Shown here: piece by piece, positions 43,901 through 56,121 of the stretch
Layout: each line of letters begins with the position of its first letter
Position numbering within the stretch: position 1 is the first letter of the stretch
Assembly: GCA_040954595.2 (NCBI GenBank)
Contig: CM082597.2
Coordinates: 372,001 to 436,000 of the forward strand
Direction: 5' to 3'
DNA: 64,000 nt
From: Balanoglossus misakiensis
Taxonomy: Eukaryota; Animalia; Hemichordata
Translations under genes and position numbers: made by a program
Notes under the pieces: generated by a model
Told to the model about the DNA's origin: nothing
Seen by the model: the letters and a program-made list of their open reading frames with translations, nothing else
The model's database searches: none

Positions 43901-45975
43901 TAAACACAAAATATTTGCATTACTGGTAGAAGACTGGGGGAATAATTCAGGTAGTCAGTCACTCATGGAGAAAATTGACAATTTATTGAGGTGTGGGGGA
44001 GAGGCATTTGCTTTGCGCGGTGTTTTTCATTTTGACATTGTGCAAAATGTCCTTTTCCCAAGCTAGTTGAGAATAAATGGCTCTTGTGATGTGTGTACAG
44101 ACTCACAAGAAACACAGATCATTTAATTGCACGTCACATCCAATCTTGATAAGCAGCGACAACAAGCGACAACATTATCACATGGATGTGAAGACATCTG
44201 GGTTCCTTGGTAATAAATCAGGCAGCGTCTTGCACCCCGGTGAGATAATTGATTTTTGAGGGTCAAGTTGAGATGGCAAGGGACCAGCTTTTATTTGGGT
44301 AAACAAAACATTTAGTTAAGTCAATTAAGAATAGCCTCAACACAATTTACATATGCATGTTAATTTTTACTGCTTTTCCCCAGCAGATGTCAAAGCAGAT
44401 AATTAAGGAAACTTGGTGTGACTAATGAAGTTAGCATCTAAGTCTTAAATTATGGACAAACATAAATAAGTTTACATAACACGCCAAACACAGCATGATA
44501 GAACACCCACATCTGACACCAAATCTATAGATGTATTGACTTTTCCAGAGTGATTATCAGGTGTTTCCATGAGAACGAGCATCCTTACTCCACTGAAATG
44601 ATTTCCTATTGCGACAAGAGTGGTCACATTCTGAAAACAGACAATTATTTCATATACAGAGTGCAGTTTATATGTAGCTTTCACCCTTGCGGCCACAAAT
44701 GAATTTAACCATTTCCTAGTAAGCATCAGATTAATCCAAGATATGCCACGCTTCAAGAATTGAGATTGATTGACCAGAAAACCTTTGCTTCAATGTCAAG
44801 TTCCCTATTAACATATCTATGATTCAGGTTGAGTATTTCAGACATTTGCTACTGTTAGAAATGTCTTCCTAAGCCACAGATGGATTCTTCATTAAATTGA
44901 CAGAGCAGTCTATAGATGTCAGGCCACACAAGATTCGAGTCAGATATCATATTTACAGATGACAAGTATAGTATGTCACTACAACAGTTGTACAAGATAT
45001 AACCTCAGAAGGTTACATAGGATAATTCAAAGAACAGCCATTAAATATAAATTCACCGTTGAACTGTCATCTTTCCGCACTTTTATTTTGATTCTTTTCA
45101 ACAAGTTCATGAATTTTTCTGATGGGTCCACTCTTTCATTGTACAACTGGCTCTTCTTTTTGGAATGAGATTACGAAAATTAAGCAAAAATTCTCCTAAT
45201 AATTGACCATTTGCAGCCTATCATAAACTTTGCAAAGGTTATGTAAATGTGTCTTTTATAGTCATATATCTTGTGTAATAATAGGGAATCTTTCAACACT
45301 AGTATCTAATCAGGGACTCTATTAAGATAAAACTGGGGCAATTCAGATAGCGGAAATAACAACTACTTGATAAGACCTTGGGATGACCTCTGACCCCAAG
45401 TACACAGACACTACACAAAGCGTGTGTTTTAAAGTCAGGTCAGAGTTGGTTAATTGGGGATGATGCTTGTCAGCTGTCTCAGATATGTGATCTGCTGGTA
45501 TTCTGTCAGATGGTTTCAATTGACATCAGATGGGGGATGGAAACACTCTCTATCATTTCTCTTGCAAACATTAAAAACCTTGGATACAAAACACATTTAC
45601 GACTCTATAATAGAAATTTTTGTTGTCCAAAAAGACTTGACCAAAATGGGAAGTTACACTTGTTTTCTGCTTTGTCTTAGTTTTTTAAGAAATTTAAACA
45701 GATATTTCATTATTGTTATATTCAATTTCGTTCACCTGACTTGTCAATCTTTCACTGTTGAATTAAAATATCAAATAGATATTTTCTTCATTGGCTTGTG
45801 CATATTTTCAGTTCTAAGATGTATTTCGTTACTTTTCATGAAATTCTAGACATGTCCTTAACATTCTCCACAAACATACAATGAATCCAGATGGCTTACA
45901 AACATTTCTGGTCAAATTGAATGTGGCATGGAGTGTCTTGTTTTCGAGGCCGGTTTATGTGACAATAAACTGACC

Positions 45976-45988
45976 AGGTCAGAGGTCA
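45976..45988 (+). promoter_or_regulatory. Perfect DR1 element
   Basis: AGGTCA-G-AGGTCA. A second DR1, TGACCT-C-TGACCC, lies at 45384-45396. Confidence 0.4.
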
Positions 45989-48900
45989 GCCAGTCGGGCA
46001 ATTACAGGCGGCTGTATTCACGGCTGTGTTCACATGTTTATCATTAGTTTAAAGATTATAATGTGTCATCAGAAATGCACTTTACTCCAAGTACATAGTG
46101 AAACATCTTGTAAACATCATGTTTTCAGTGTTACAGTTTCATTTCACATATGCAAACTGCATTTGACGTTCCGTACAATGTACATTTCTACATCACTTGC
46201 AAAAAAAGAAATTGTAAGTTGGTCAAATTTGAATTTTATCATTCTAAAATTGGACAAATTTCTAGCATGAGAAAAACAGCAGTATAGGCTTACTATCTCC
46301 CATTATTGGAATCTTATTTGCATATTCGTATTTAATTGATTTTTCTGTGAAATGTTGTCTTTAAAGATCAGATTTTTGACAATCATTATTTTTTCTCTCA
46401 CTATTTTACATCGTAAATCATTGGAACTGGAGAACTGATAGAGCTACATAACCTTTTCACAAATTCTGAGCAAAAATCACAAGTGATGAAATGAGATTAA
46501 TTTTGATGTTGCATTTACCAAGAATTGTGTCTAACAAACTCATTCTCAGTCACACATCACAGTTGACAATAATTCTGACTTAATACGGACATATCTCATC
46601 AAATCTGTAGCAGGAAAGGAAGGAGAGTTGGAAAAATAAAAGCACCCACATATCAAAAAGGTCACATTTTAATTAGTGTCATGTGACTTCAATTAAGTCG
46701 ACATAAAAACAATTCAAACACGTTAACCTCTAATTAATACATGACCTGACAATTTAGAATCAGCTGTGGGCTCTATCTAATGAATATTTTAATACTTCAT
46801 ACCTGATTTTGTACGAAAAAGATTTCATATCTAAGGTAATTTAATCATTTATGATCAAAGGCCATTTAAATTGAATTATCAAGAACTAATCCTGATAAAT
46901 TAAACAGCATACACTCTAGAATTGAAGAGGTCACAGACTTTGATCTGATCTTACACACATTTTGAAATCAATTTTCTGATAACAAATGATAGATTTGGAA
47001 TCATATACGTACAACATATATATGCATATTCGACAAATTTCTTTCATTTTGAAATATTTTTGCAACTGTGCACAGAAAATATAAACAACATGAAATGAAT
47101 AAATTTACAGGGATCTTTAAAACTTATGGTGAAACCTGATGAGGGCATTTCATTCATTTAATGGACAGAATATTTTTAACATGTATCTCTCTAATTTTAG
47201 AGAATACCATATGTACATGTGTAACAGAAATATTCCAAAATTAGGTGTGAAAAATACCATCCCATTGCATTGAATTCATATCTCTACTTCCCCATTCTGA
47301 TCAAATGCTTTCCCATTCACAATCTTTAGGTTAGTTTAATTTTACAAATTGCTATATGTCTGATGTTTCAAAGTTACTGATGATTGTTTGGGTGAATTTC
47401 TGCTGAAGGAAATGATTTGGATTGACAGAGAATGATTTGACGACACTGTTCACATCACAACTCCACAGCTCTACATTTACTCAGGTTGCACAGCTATGTC
47501 CGTTATGCAGCTAAACATTTTAACCAGGCGATAACGATAACATCTTTTGTCATGGTATTTGACTGTACAGACTGACTGGCCCCTTCAGTGACAAAGCTAG
47601 AGCTCGCTTTCAAAGACACTTTTAAAACGACCACCATTATCATATCAACTTAATACTATCCTTATACGGGTAATTCACTTGTGAATGACAATTTACATCT
47701 ACAAAATATAAATCTTCACGAAATGGTGGCTCGCACACAAACAGCTGCTGGTATCAACCACAGCTTTTGTGAAAAAAAAGTCAAATTCAAAAACTTTAAA
47801 AAGAAATTTGGTGCAAATTTCAATTAACCATTGTTCTAGGCATGTTCACTTCGATGTTCAGCAATAAACTGAACACGCCAAAATCGTTGACAGATGTTGA
47901 TGACTTAATTGCTAAACACGAACCATTTCTGATCTTTTGACACGAGAGAAACAAAATTCACCCACAGCTATTTTTATGGCCGACAGTTTCTGCTCTGAAG
48001 AACACACTCTGTCACAAACAACACAAACAATGTTTATTTCTTTTTCTTTGCTTGTCTGCTTGTCTATTCACAATTCAGCAGCCAGCCGTCAAAGCATTGC
48101 CCGTCCAACCCTAAACCGTTCCCTATCCACCCATCAATATCTGTGGCTGTGTACACACCCTGACACACCACCATAAGTCACATCACACCTTCTGCGTTTT
48201 AATTAGACACTACAACACACCACAGACCTGAACAATAACACTAATTCCGATGAGTCACCTCTCTGTTTTTTCAAGCCATCATATCCTACTTTGTCAACAT
48301 TTCTCTCTAACAAACCGTCTTACTTACATCCTGAATCAGCACACATTTACATGTTGTGCGTGTCAGTCTTCAAGTTCAAAGACAGAAATTGCCTAAATTT
48401 ATAGTGTCTCTGCCATGTCAAGTACATGCTGCCATAAGGTCGCCAGGCGGACTGAAATAATCTGTGATGTTATTGAGTTTGGTTCAGGGTGATTTAATCT
48501 CAAAGATGGGCGAGAAATAGTGGACAGATTGCACACTGCTGTGCAGTCTACCAGAAAAATGATAATATATTGATTTTTGCCCTGGAAATTACCCTGTGAA
48601 TGAGTATGGCTTATGATGACCTATCAGAGAGTATGTCGTGCAAATTCCCACTCGGTTATTGATAATAGAAATGTGTACAGATTGAACTGTGAATGCAAAA
48701 TCATTGATCATATTGGAGAACTTAACAATGATTCTGAGACAACAGATTCGCGTTCTCTGGTGGAACAGAATCCTTTGAATTACGACTGAAATTTCACCAT
48801 GGATTTTACTTTCGCAGGGAATTACTCACTACGTATATTGATAATACAAAGCTGAGCAAACCCCTGTATTGTGTAAAAAATACGGCAATTTTAAGAGATC

Positions 48901-50227
48901 CCTGTCAAATTTAAAGGACTCTGTGTTTGTATAAAACAGATCAGATTACAAGTTATCTCCAACTTGACTACAAACCTTCCTGTTCCGAGTCGAGCTGGAA
49001 AGTAATATCAGTGAAATGTAGGACTATGAAATCAAACTATTCGGGGGAAAAAACCTGTCCAAAGATTGACGAATTCGATGTCGAAAAACTGCATCCTCAA
49101 ACCTCTAGGGGGAAGTAAACACAAACTTAAAACACAAACACTTAAAACTTATCACTTTCACGTAACAAAGTCAAAGAGTTTCATCTTTTGTATTTTCTGT
49201 TCAGGGTTTCTCAGGACACATTCAAATTCACGAGACTGTCACCGGTTTCTTAGTCAAGATAAATTGTGTGAATTGACTTGTGACAGGACAATTGTATGCC
49301 TTCGCTACACATGAATAACAACAAGCAGTCATACATTTTAAGTGTTACACTGGTCACACAACAGTCGTCTTTTCACAAAACGATCTCCAGTCCTGCAACG
49401 ACGCTGTCTTCTGCCACTTTTCCACCAGTGTTACACCTCTTCTTTGTCTTGCCGTTTCTATTCATGTCTGCTTAATTGTGTCTGACTTATTCTCAATGAC
49501 TTTACAACACTGTTTCTTCTCATGGGAAACACAATTTCAGTTTTGCAGCGTCAGCATTGAAAAACAGGTAATGACCTCAAATTTGATTTCTGTCTCAAAA
49601 AATCGTTAAGAAACTGCTGAAATTTCAATTGTCTGTGTTTTCTGGAGAGAACTGATCAGTTCTGTGATGGTCAAACAAAAGTGGCCAGAAATAATGAATA
49701 AAAGATCAGTTTTCACAGAAAATCCATTCAATATACAGGTAGTTTTAACGCATAGAGTATAATTTAACACACTATATTATATACAACAGAAATAGTGACT
49801 TTTACGATCACTAGCACAGAAAAATACATTTCAGACAATTTCAAACTTTAAGAAAATATTGTAAGTATGACAAGATATATTCTTTTTTAGATACCTCACG
49901 TCTTTATTTTGATTCTTAAGGATTTACCGTAAATATTAAATGTGTATGCTGTATTAAAGATCCAGTGGTGCGTGGGTTATCACAAAAAAGGGTCAAATAA
50001 ATATACGCTTGTAATAAATCGTAAATGGTGATTTCTGGGATTTGAGAAGCTTTGAAATCACCAGTGTGAAGTTGAAAGAAAAGAATAACAAAGCAGTTGA
50101 GAGATTAGAGTAAAACCAAGGTGCTATACATTAACACAGTGCATTATCACATACACAACATACACACATGTTCGCAAACCACATCCAAGCTCTCTCTCAT
50201 GAAACATGACGGTTATTGGTCGCTTAC

Positions 50228-50303
50228 CTTGACACAATGCCGGCAAAATACTGAGACACACCACTATCAAGGCAAGATAACAAATCCGTGTGGTTAATTC
50301 CAT
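50228..50303 (-). CDS. Coding part of a leader exon (whole exon 50228-50340) encoding a signal peptide, MELTTRICYLALIVVCLSILPALCQ/G, of an unidentified secreted or membrane protein
   Basis: Minus strand reads GCCATGG (strong Kozak) at 50303, then 25 codons with an n-region Arg, a hydrophobic core and an ALC-QG cleavage-like end, then donor CAAG|GTAAGC (phase 1). Upstream 3' splice site: branch-point-like CTAAC (50378-50382), pyrimidine tract TTCCGTTCTCTCTGTTTCTGCTCATCCAG| with the exon starting at 50340. Confidence 0.8.
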
Positions 50304-50344
50304 GGCATGCTTTGTACTTCCATTCACATTTGTGGAAAACCTGG

Positions 50345-50480
50345 ATGAGCAGAAACAGAGAGAACGGAACCACAACTGTTAGTTTACCACCGGCAAAGCG
50401 CTGTACGGAATGGATCATACCACTGAAGCGGTAGGGGGGTTCGCGACATGACGTTCAGAGGTGCACTACGTCAATATGCA
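50345..50480 (-). promoter_or_regulatory. CpG-rich proximal element or possible promoter just upstream of the 50.2 kb exon
   Basis: Many CpGs against a depleted background, TCGCGA core, two TGACG (CRE half) sites and Inr-like TCAGTG at 50421-50426 on the minus strand. Confidence 0.35.
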
Positions 50481-51073
50481 TTGTCAACATGCGATTCATT
50501 AGTGTGTTAATAAATTCAGTGTTAATGGTGGATTGCATTCACAGGTAGACATTTATGCAATAATCACTTAATAGGATGCCGACAGTCTGAGCTTTAGACC
50601 ATGGTTATCGTCAGACATGCTGAGTACAATGAATGAAAGAATTCCCACTGCTTGGGACCGTGTGTGTATGTACATTGAACATCAAGGCTCTTGACTGGCA
50701 CCGAACAATCAGAGTTCAAATGTTAAAGTCAAGTACTGTACGTCTTTGTGCAAACATCGCAGTCTTAACTGCAGAGCCTTGATGAGGCACGATCTATAAA
50801 CATTCCACTCGACAAAACTCACATTAGGATTCAAAACAGTACAGAAATAGTAACTTTTGGTACTTCTCTTTGTATTAGTCACTATTTCATTACTGTACAA
50901 TTTTATTCTCAGAAAAGCACAGTAAATAGTAAGCATTCAACTTGTCAAAATAACCTGTTAGCACAAGGTATTTTGGTAATTGTTGGTTTTGCCGTTGACT
51001 GTAATAATGACAATACCATGGTTGCACGACTTCCTAATGTTGACAAGTTGGATACTGTGTATTTCTGTGTGCC

Positions 51074-51166
51074 TTAACCCTTTCACCCCCATTTCCCTAT
51101 ATAGAGGTCCAACTTTACCATAGAAAACAATAGATTTGGACCAAGTCATAGTGGTGAAAGGGTTGA
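51074..51166. mobile_element. piggyBac-like MITE (85 bp, non-autonomous)
   Basis: TTAA + CCCTTTCACC ... GGTGAAAGGG + TTGA: perfect 10-bp TIRs with CCC/GGG ends, a TTAA target site (one copy mutated) and an internal inverted pair GGTCCAA/TTGGACC. Confidence 0.75.
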
Positions 51167-53107
51167 AAAGCAGATAGACTGGAAAAACATTATCACAGTA
51201 TAATTTATACGCAAAAGTAAAAAGCAATGGCCAATTAAAGAATTTAAAAATTACTTATTTTATTGAGTTTCATTATCGTTACACTGTTGACACAAAAAAT
51301 AACATAAGCAAGGAAATTATTGTCACGATCTCAACCTTGCATTCTGTTTCAGTTGTGACTAGAATCCAATCTTTGTCTTGGCCCTGACAAGTAGCCTACA
51401 TAATGCCGAACTTTGCAGTTTTCATTTCTGCCAAATCCATTTCAGTTGCTAAGGTTATCATGTTAATACCTCAACCTTGCAAGCTGTAATTGGCAGGAAA
51501 CCATTTCTGGCCGAGAAAATTGAAATTCCATTTAGTTCGCGCCAATAACTGTGTCTTTCAAGGTTCAATGTGAAACCTTTGTCATGATCTTAAAGATTTC
51601 TTCCATCGTGAAATCAGTTAAATTCATGGACTAAACCTTTTCTGATAAAATTTTATCAAATTTTCAAATGACATCAATTCATAACTTCAATACTTGTTAT
51701 CATTATCACAACATAGTGTGGCACAGTATAGCACAGGACAGAACAGTATAGTACATTTGCAGTACAGTTTAGTCGAGTCTGATCTCTATGGACCTGGCAG
51801 GGATTAACACAATGATTGCTACACAACACAGAGATGGGCGGTGGATGTCACTACTGAAACTCTCCACGCTGGTTGAACATAGCTATTTAGTGTAATCCGG
51901 ATAAGCACTATAAAATAGTGACCGACTGATGTAAGGTGACGTTTGTGAAGTCGGTATTACGGTAAAACCTATTGTTCATGTTTCAGAAAGACCTCAGAAG
52001 ACTGTCTGGCCGACCAAGATGGCAGATTGTAGTCGCGGGTACAACCGTGAATACAGACAAGCGATGTGACCACCAACGATGGAGACCATGGTCTGTTGCC
52101 TGATCAATGAGGCTTACAGATGTCGCAGTGTAACGCCCAGGACTACCTTCCCATCAGTCACTCTGTATTCAATCTCCACGTCACATAACAAACACGTACA
52201 ATCAATTCTAAAACTACATAAAACTTCTCATCCATAAAACGCTCACTTCGTATTCAATAGTTTCACCAGTCAACATCGCAATATTCTCAATAGATGAAAA
52301 TTATTAATCAGAGTATTTCTTCGTGTTTATTCAACTTTAACCAATCAGAAGTACACACGCATACGATCAAACCTGGAATCACTTTCAAATACACATAACA
52401 GATGTATGCCAAGGATTACAAATGGCTCTCATAAATGTAGCCATGACCTAGCCTAGCTCTTTTTGAATAAATAAAGGAAGGTTTTTGTCACTTCAGAATG
52501 TTCAAATAATGTTCGATACTACTGCAGCTGAGTTCCACCACAGGAGGGCAGTAGTCACACAGTAAAATCCCAGTGGCTGTCACATCAAATCAATGCAATG
52601 AAATGATACACTGTAACCACCACTGTGACATTTTTAAATATTGCAACATTGTATCAATTTAACATTAAAATGAGACAATGTATCCATCAATGCTGCAATC
52701 ACATCACTTCATTATTGCCTCCAAAATTGACACAGTAACACCCGATCAACATGCCACCCACTGACCCTAACCATGATATGCGTAACAAATTGAAATTTAT
52801 AGCACACCTAATTCAATTTCAACAAGACTTCCTAATCCACAGCATAACTATTAACAGCTTTTATAGAAAAAAAATTCCTCTGAATCACAAACCGAATTGT
52901 CACTGTGACAACAAATAAATGTCCACACTTGAAATAAAACGCTGATAAATGTTATGAGTGGCGCCAGACACACCCATGTCATTGTTGTAATTTCAACTCC
53001 TATTTGAGGAGTACTTACATCAAACCACATCAACATGAACTATGCAATTCTCGCCTCATGTAATAGGTCTATATTAGTTCTTTTAATAGCCATACTGTTT
53101 TCATCTA

Positions 53108-53158
53108 ACCTGTCGGGAGTGGGATTTGAACAAATTTGCAAATCACACCCCACCTGTC
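53108..53158. mobile_element. 37-bp palindromic mini-insertion flanked by a 7-bp direct repeat
   Basis: ACCTGTC [GGGAGTGGGATTTG-AACAAATTTG-CAAATCACACCCC] ACCTGTC. Confidence 0.4.
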
Positions 53159-53330
53159 AAACATAGAAGGGAAATTCATGTCACAATGGGCTGACAGAAT
53201 CTTGTATTCAGTCAATTCAAATTCCCCTAAATAAATTCAAAATGTTCCCTTCAATTTGTGGGAAGGTAGATGCAATCTCTTCATACATTTGTTTCATGAT
53301 GAATGACACATGGCAATATTGTCAAAAACA

Positions 53331-53372
53331 CTAAATAAATTAGCTAAATAAACAAGCAAATAAATAAATAAA
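53331..53372. repeat. Interrupted (TAAA)n microsatellite
   Basis: TAAATAAAT..TAAATAAAC..AAATAAATAAATAAA. Confidence 0.7.
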
Positions 53373-54120
53373 CCACACTTTGCGTCTTTCATTTGCAAAA
53401 TTTCATTTGAAGCTGTGAAGTTCAGAATTGCAAAGCCACTCCATCATGTACAATTACATCCTTATTTCCACCTGGAAATACAAGTGTTGTTTAATGACTA
53501 ATACAACCCAACAAATTCCATCACACAGAAGTCAAGTTAATTAGCGGACAGGAAACTCAAGTTTGACACTGCATCAGAAATCTCGGTTCTGCAAACTTGG
53601 AATGGTTATAACCCTAAAGGCAGAGCAGACAAGTCATTGTATGTACAATATACTTTACAATTGGTGCCATAAAATGCTCAGAGCTATGACCTTTCCTGAA
53701 CCCTATCACTTAGTCAACTTCTCAAGTGAAAATCTTGCCACGAAAAGTGTGAATCATGTGATTAAAATCCTGCCAGCTGATTGGCATGTCAATACCGTGC
53801 CAACTGAACTGACGAATTAAGGTCATGACGCCTGGAAAGAATATTGATATGACGTATACAACCGCTTCATACATAATGTGAACTTGACAGGTTCTTCACA
53901 TCATAAAATCGCTATTATTTTAAAATCTCAAGCATGAAGGGCTCCCTCTACTCATAATGTTGACGAATTCTGCACAAACTGTCAAATGTTTATATTTGTT
54001 TGCACTTTCAGCTCTGCTGATTTTAGTTTGCCTTCATCTAGGGCATTCTCCAATAATATTCCAATATTGCATCAATCAATCAACCATTTGTCTAGTTATA
54101 TTTGATATTCAAGTATCATA

Positions 54121-54223
54121 TACCCCCCACTCTCTCTCCTCTCAGTCTCCTCCCTACCCCCTCTCCTTAATTCTTTTTCTCTATCTCCCTCCCTCCCCCT
54201 TTAACACCCCCTCCCCCTTCTTT
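54121..54223. repeat. Polypyrimidine low-complexity tract
   Basis: About 100 nt of almost only C/T with several C runs, so G-rich on the minus strand. Confidence 0.8.
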
Positions 54224-56097
54224 CAATTGAACCAAACCCTTCTAAACTCAGTGTGGGCGGTGTACGTCAGTAGTTTTACAAAGTTCCTGATGCGTAACAA
54301 GCAGCCAGCCATATCAAAAGCAGATATTCACTTCACAGATCACAACTCCTACAGACACTACCCACATAAATATAGCTGGAATACGGACAGTTTCTTTTAA
54401 TGAGGATTGAACTTTTAAAACAGCCAATAAAAGTCTCCCAACTGACCCCAAGCCATGGTGTCTACCCATAAAAAATTCAGATTTTATTGAAGATTGTCTT
54501 GCATTAAATGCATCCCACGACTACTTCTTGCGCAGATCATAACAGGCGTGGGTAGAAAAGTTCAGGATAAACACATTTCCATGTGAAATTTTATAAGGTC
54601 CAGTTAAACTGGCAACTAGAGGGGGTACTTTGATGAAATTAGGAGCAACTGATTACAAGTAACTAGAGACTTGTAGCACGATTCTCTCATTCTCAAAAAA
54701 AAAAATGACAGGTTTTTAAATCAAACATATCAGATGTCTATTCTTTGGCGTCATTTACCAAGGTCGTAGATCGTCCTGATTGTTAACTAACTAACTGTTG
54801 CTGTGGCAACCTATAAGTCAGTGCTTACTGCAGCTGATGTGTATAGATTTGTATGCATACAATTTAATTGAATGCTATTGTACACAACACTTTTTACTAA
54901 CCTCGATTTCGTGCACGTATAACTAAAACTTGGAAAGACAGAGCCAAAGAAGGCAAGGCAATTCCCTTCCTGAAAATATCTCTGACATTTCAGAACACCT
55001 ACGATAAATAATTGGTCATTCAAAGGAATTTATCGTTCATCCGATGATCAATTACAAAGTCCTTAATAAGTGAGCAGTTATTTCACACCTGACATTTTAA
55101 GTGTACCTTTGCCATTGTCAATATCCCTTCATTGTAAGAAAACTAACAAAACCTAAAGACTTGCCATTTACAGGTAAACACTAAGGTGCCTTGAATTCTT
55201 TCGGGTTGATAAAAGACAAACCAGCAAATTCAGTGATCATTTCACAACATTTATCCAAACATTGTCTCTGACTGACACCCCTGCTCAAATTCTTAAAGCA
55301 TTACTCTCTAAACGTTTATGTGAATTGTTAGACTATTTTTCACAAATTCTTTCCTATCAGCAGCACTGAGCAATGCAAGGACTTATGTGATGTTGACTGC
55401 CATTGATTAGTGTCTCTAACATTACGAAGAAACAAACTTTCGAAGTCTTGTTATCTGACATTCAGCAAAAATATTTGGATATTCGCAAGATAACAATTGC
55501 TGACGAAAGCTCATTTGATCACTTCTATTGTGAGTTTTGAAGATAGGAAAATGCCAGGAATTTGTCACTGGATGTTCCTCTGAAAATACCTATTTAAGCA
55601 AAGAGGATTTTCCCTAAATTGCCCTCAGCCAATCAGAAGTATAGTTTATAACTTTGCAAGAAACATCAACTGTGTCACAAAGACACACTTCTTTCGAAGA
55701 TCTGCCAGTCTTCAATCTGTGACATATCCCAGAATTCACTGCAGTTAATAGCATTTCTGTGTTTGGGGAGACATTAACGATAATGGCACCTGTTACCGTA
55801 GTGATGGCATTTTCCGGACTCATGTGAAATAGACTGTGTATGTGACAAACACACACAATGTGTTAAATTTCAAACAGGAAATACACTTGTTGCAATGTAC
55901 AGACACCAACCATTATCAATCTTTGTCAGGTGTAACCAAACTTCTCAAATTCTTTAAGTGTCTGTCAACACTTGCATGACATTGATGGACACAGCCCTGA
56001 AAACATACATTTCAGTTGAACCAGTTCTGCTGTTCTTGTCTATAAAGTTTCTTGTCAAACTATTTCAAACTTCTCTCTCATTAGGGTTTCGAGACCA

Positions 56098-56121
56098 GAG
56101 GGGGATTGGAGGGGGATTGGA
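56098..56121. repeat. 11-bp tandem duplication
   Basis: (GAGGGGGATTG)x2. Confidence 0.8.

Noticed and set aside
48030-48176. Plus-strand signal-like peptide MFISFSLLVCLSIHNSAA
   Set aside because: Derives from a T-rich tract and has no donor or downstream coding continuity.
50341-50386. Mini-intron GTAAAC...CCAG in the 5' leader
   Set aside because: At 46 nt it is probably too short, and the branch point would abut the donor. The acceptor more likely pairs with a distant upstream exon.
53110-53195. Intact tRNA-Leu gene or tRNA-derived SINE
   Set aside because: Only the 3' 21 nt resemble a tRNA. There is no A-box, D arm or anticodon arm.
53957-54400. 147-aa ORF with a Pro/Ser/Leu-rich middle
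   Set aside because: Explained by the polypyrimidine low-complexity tract.
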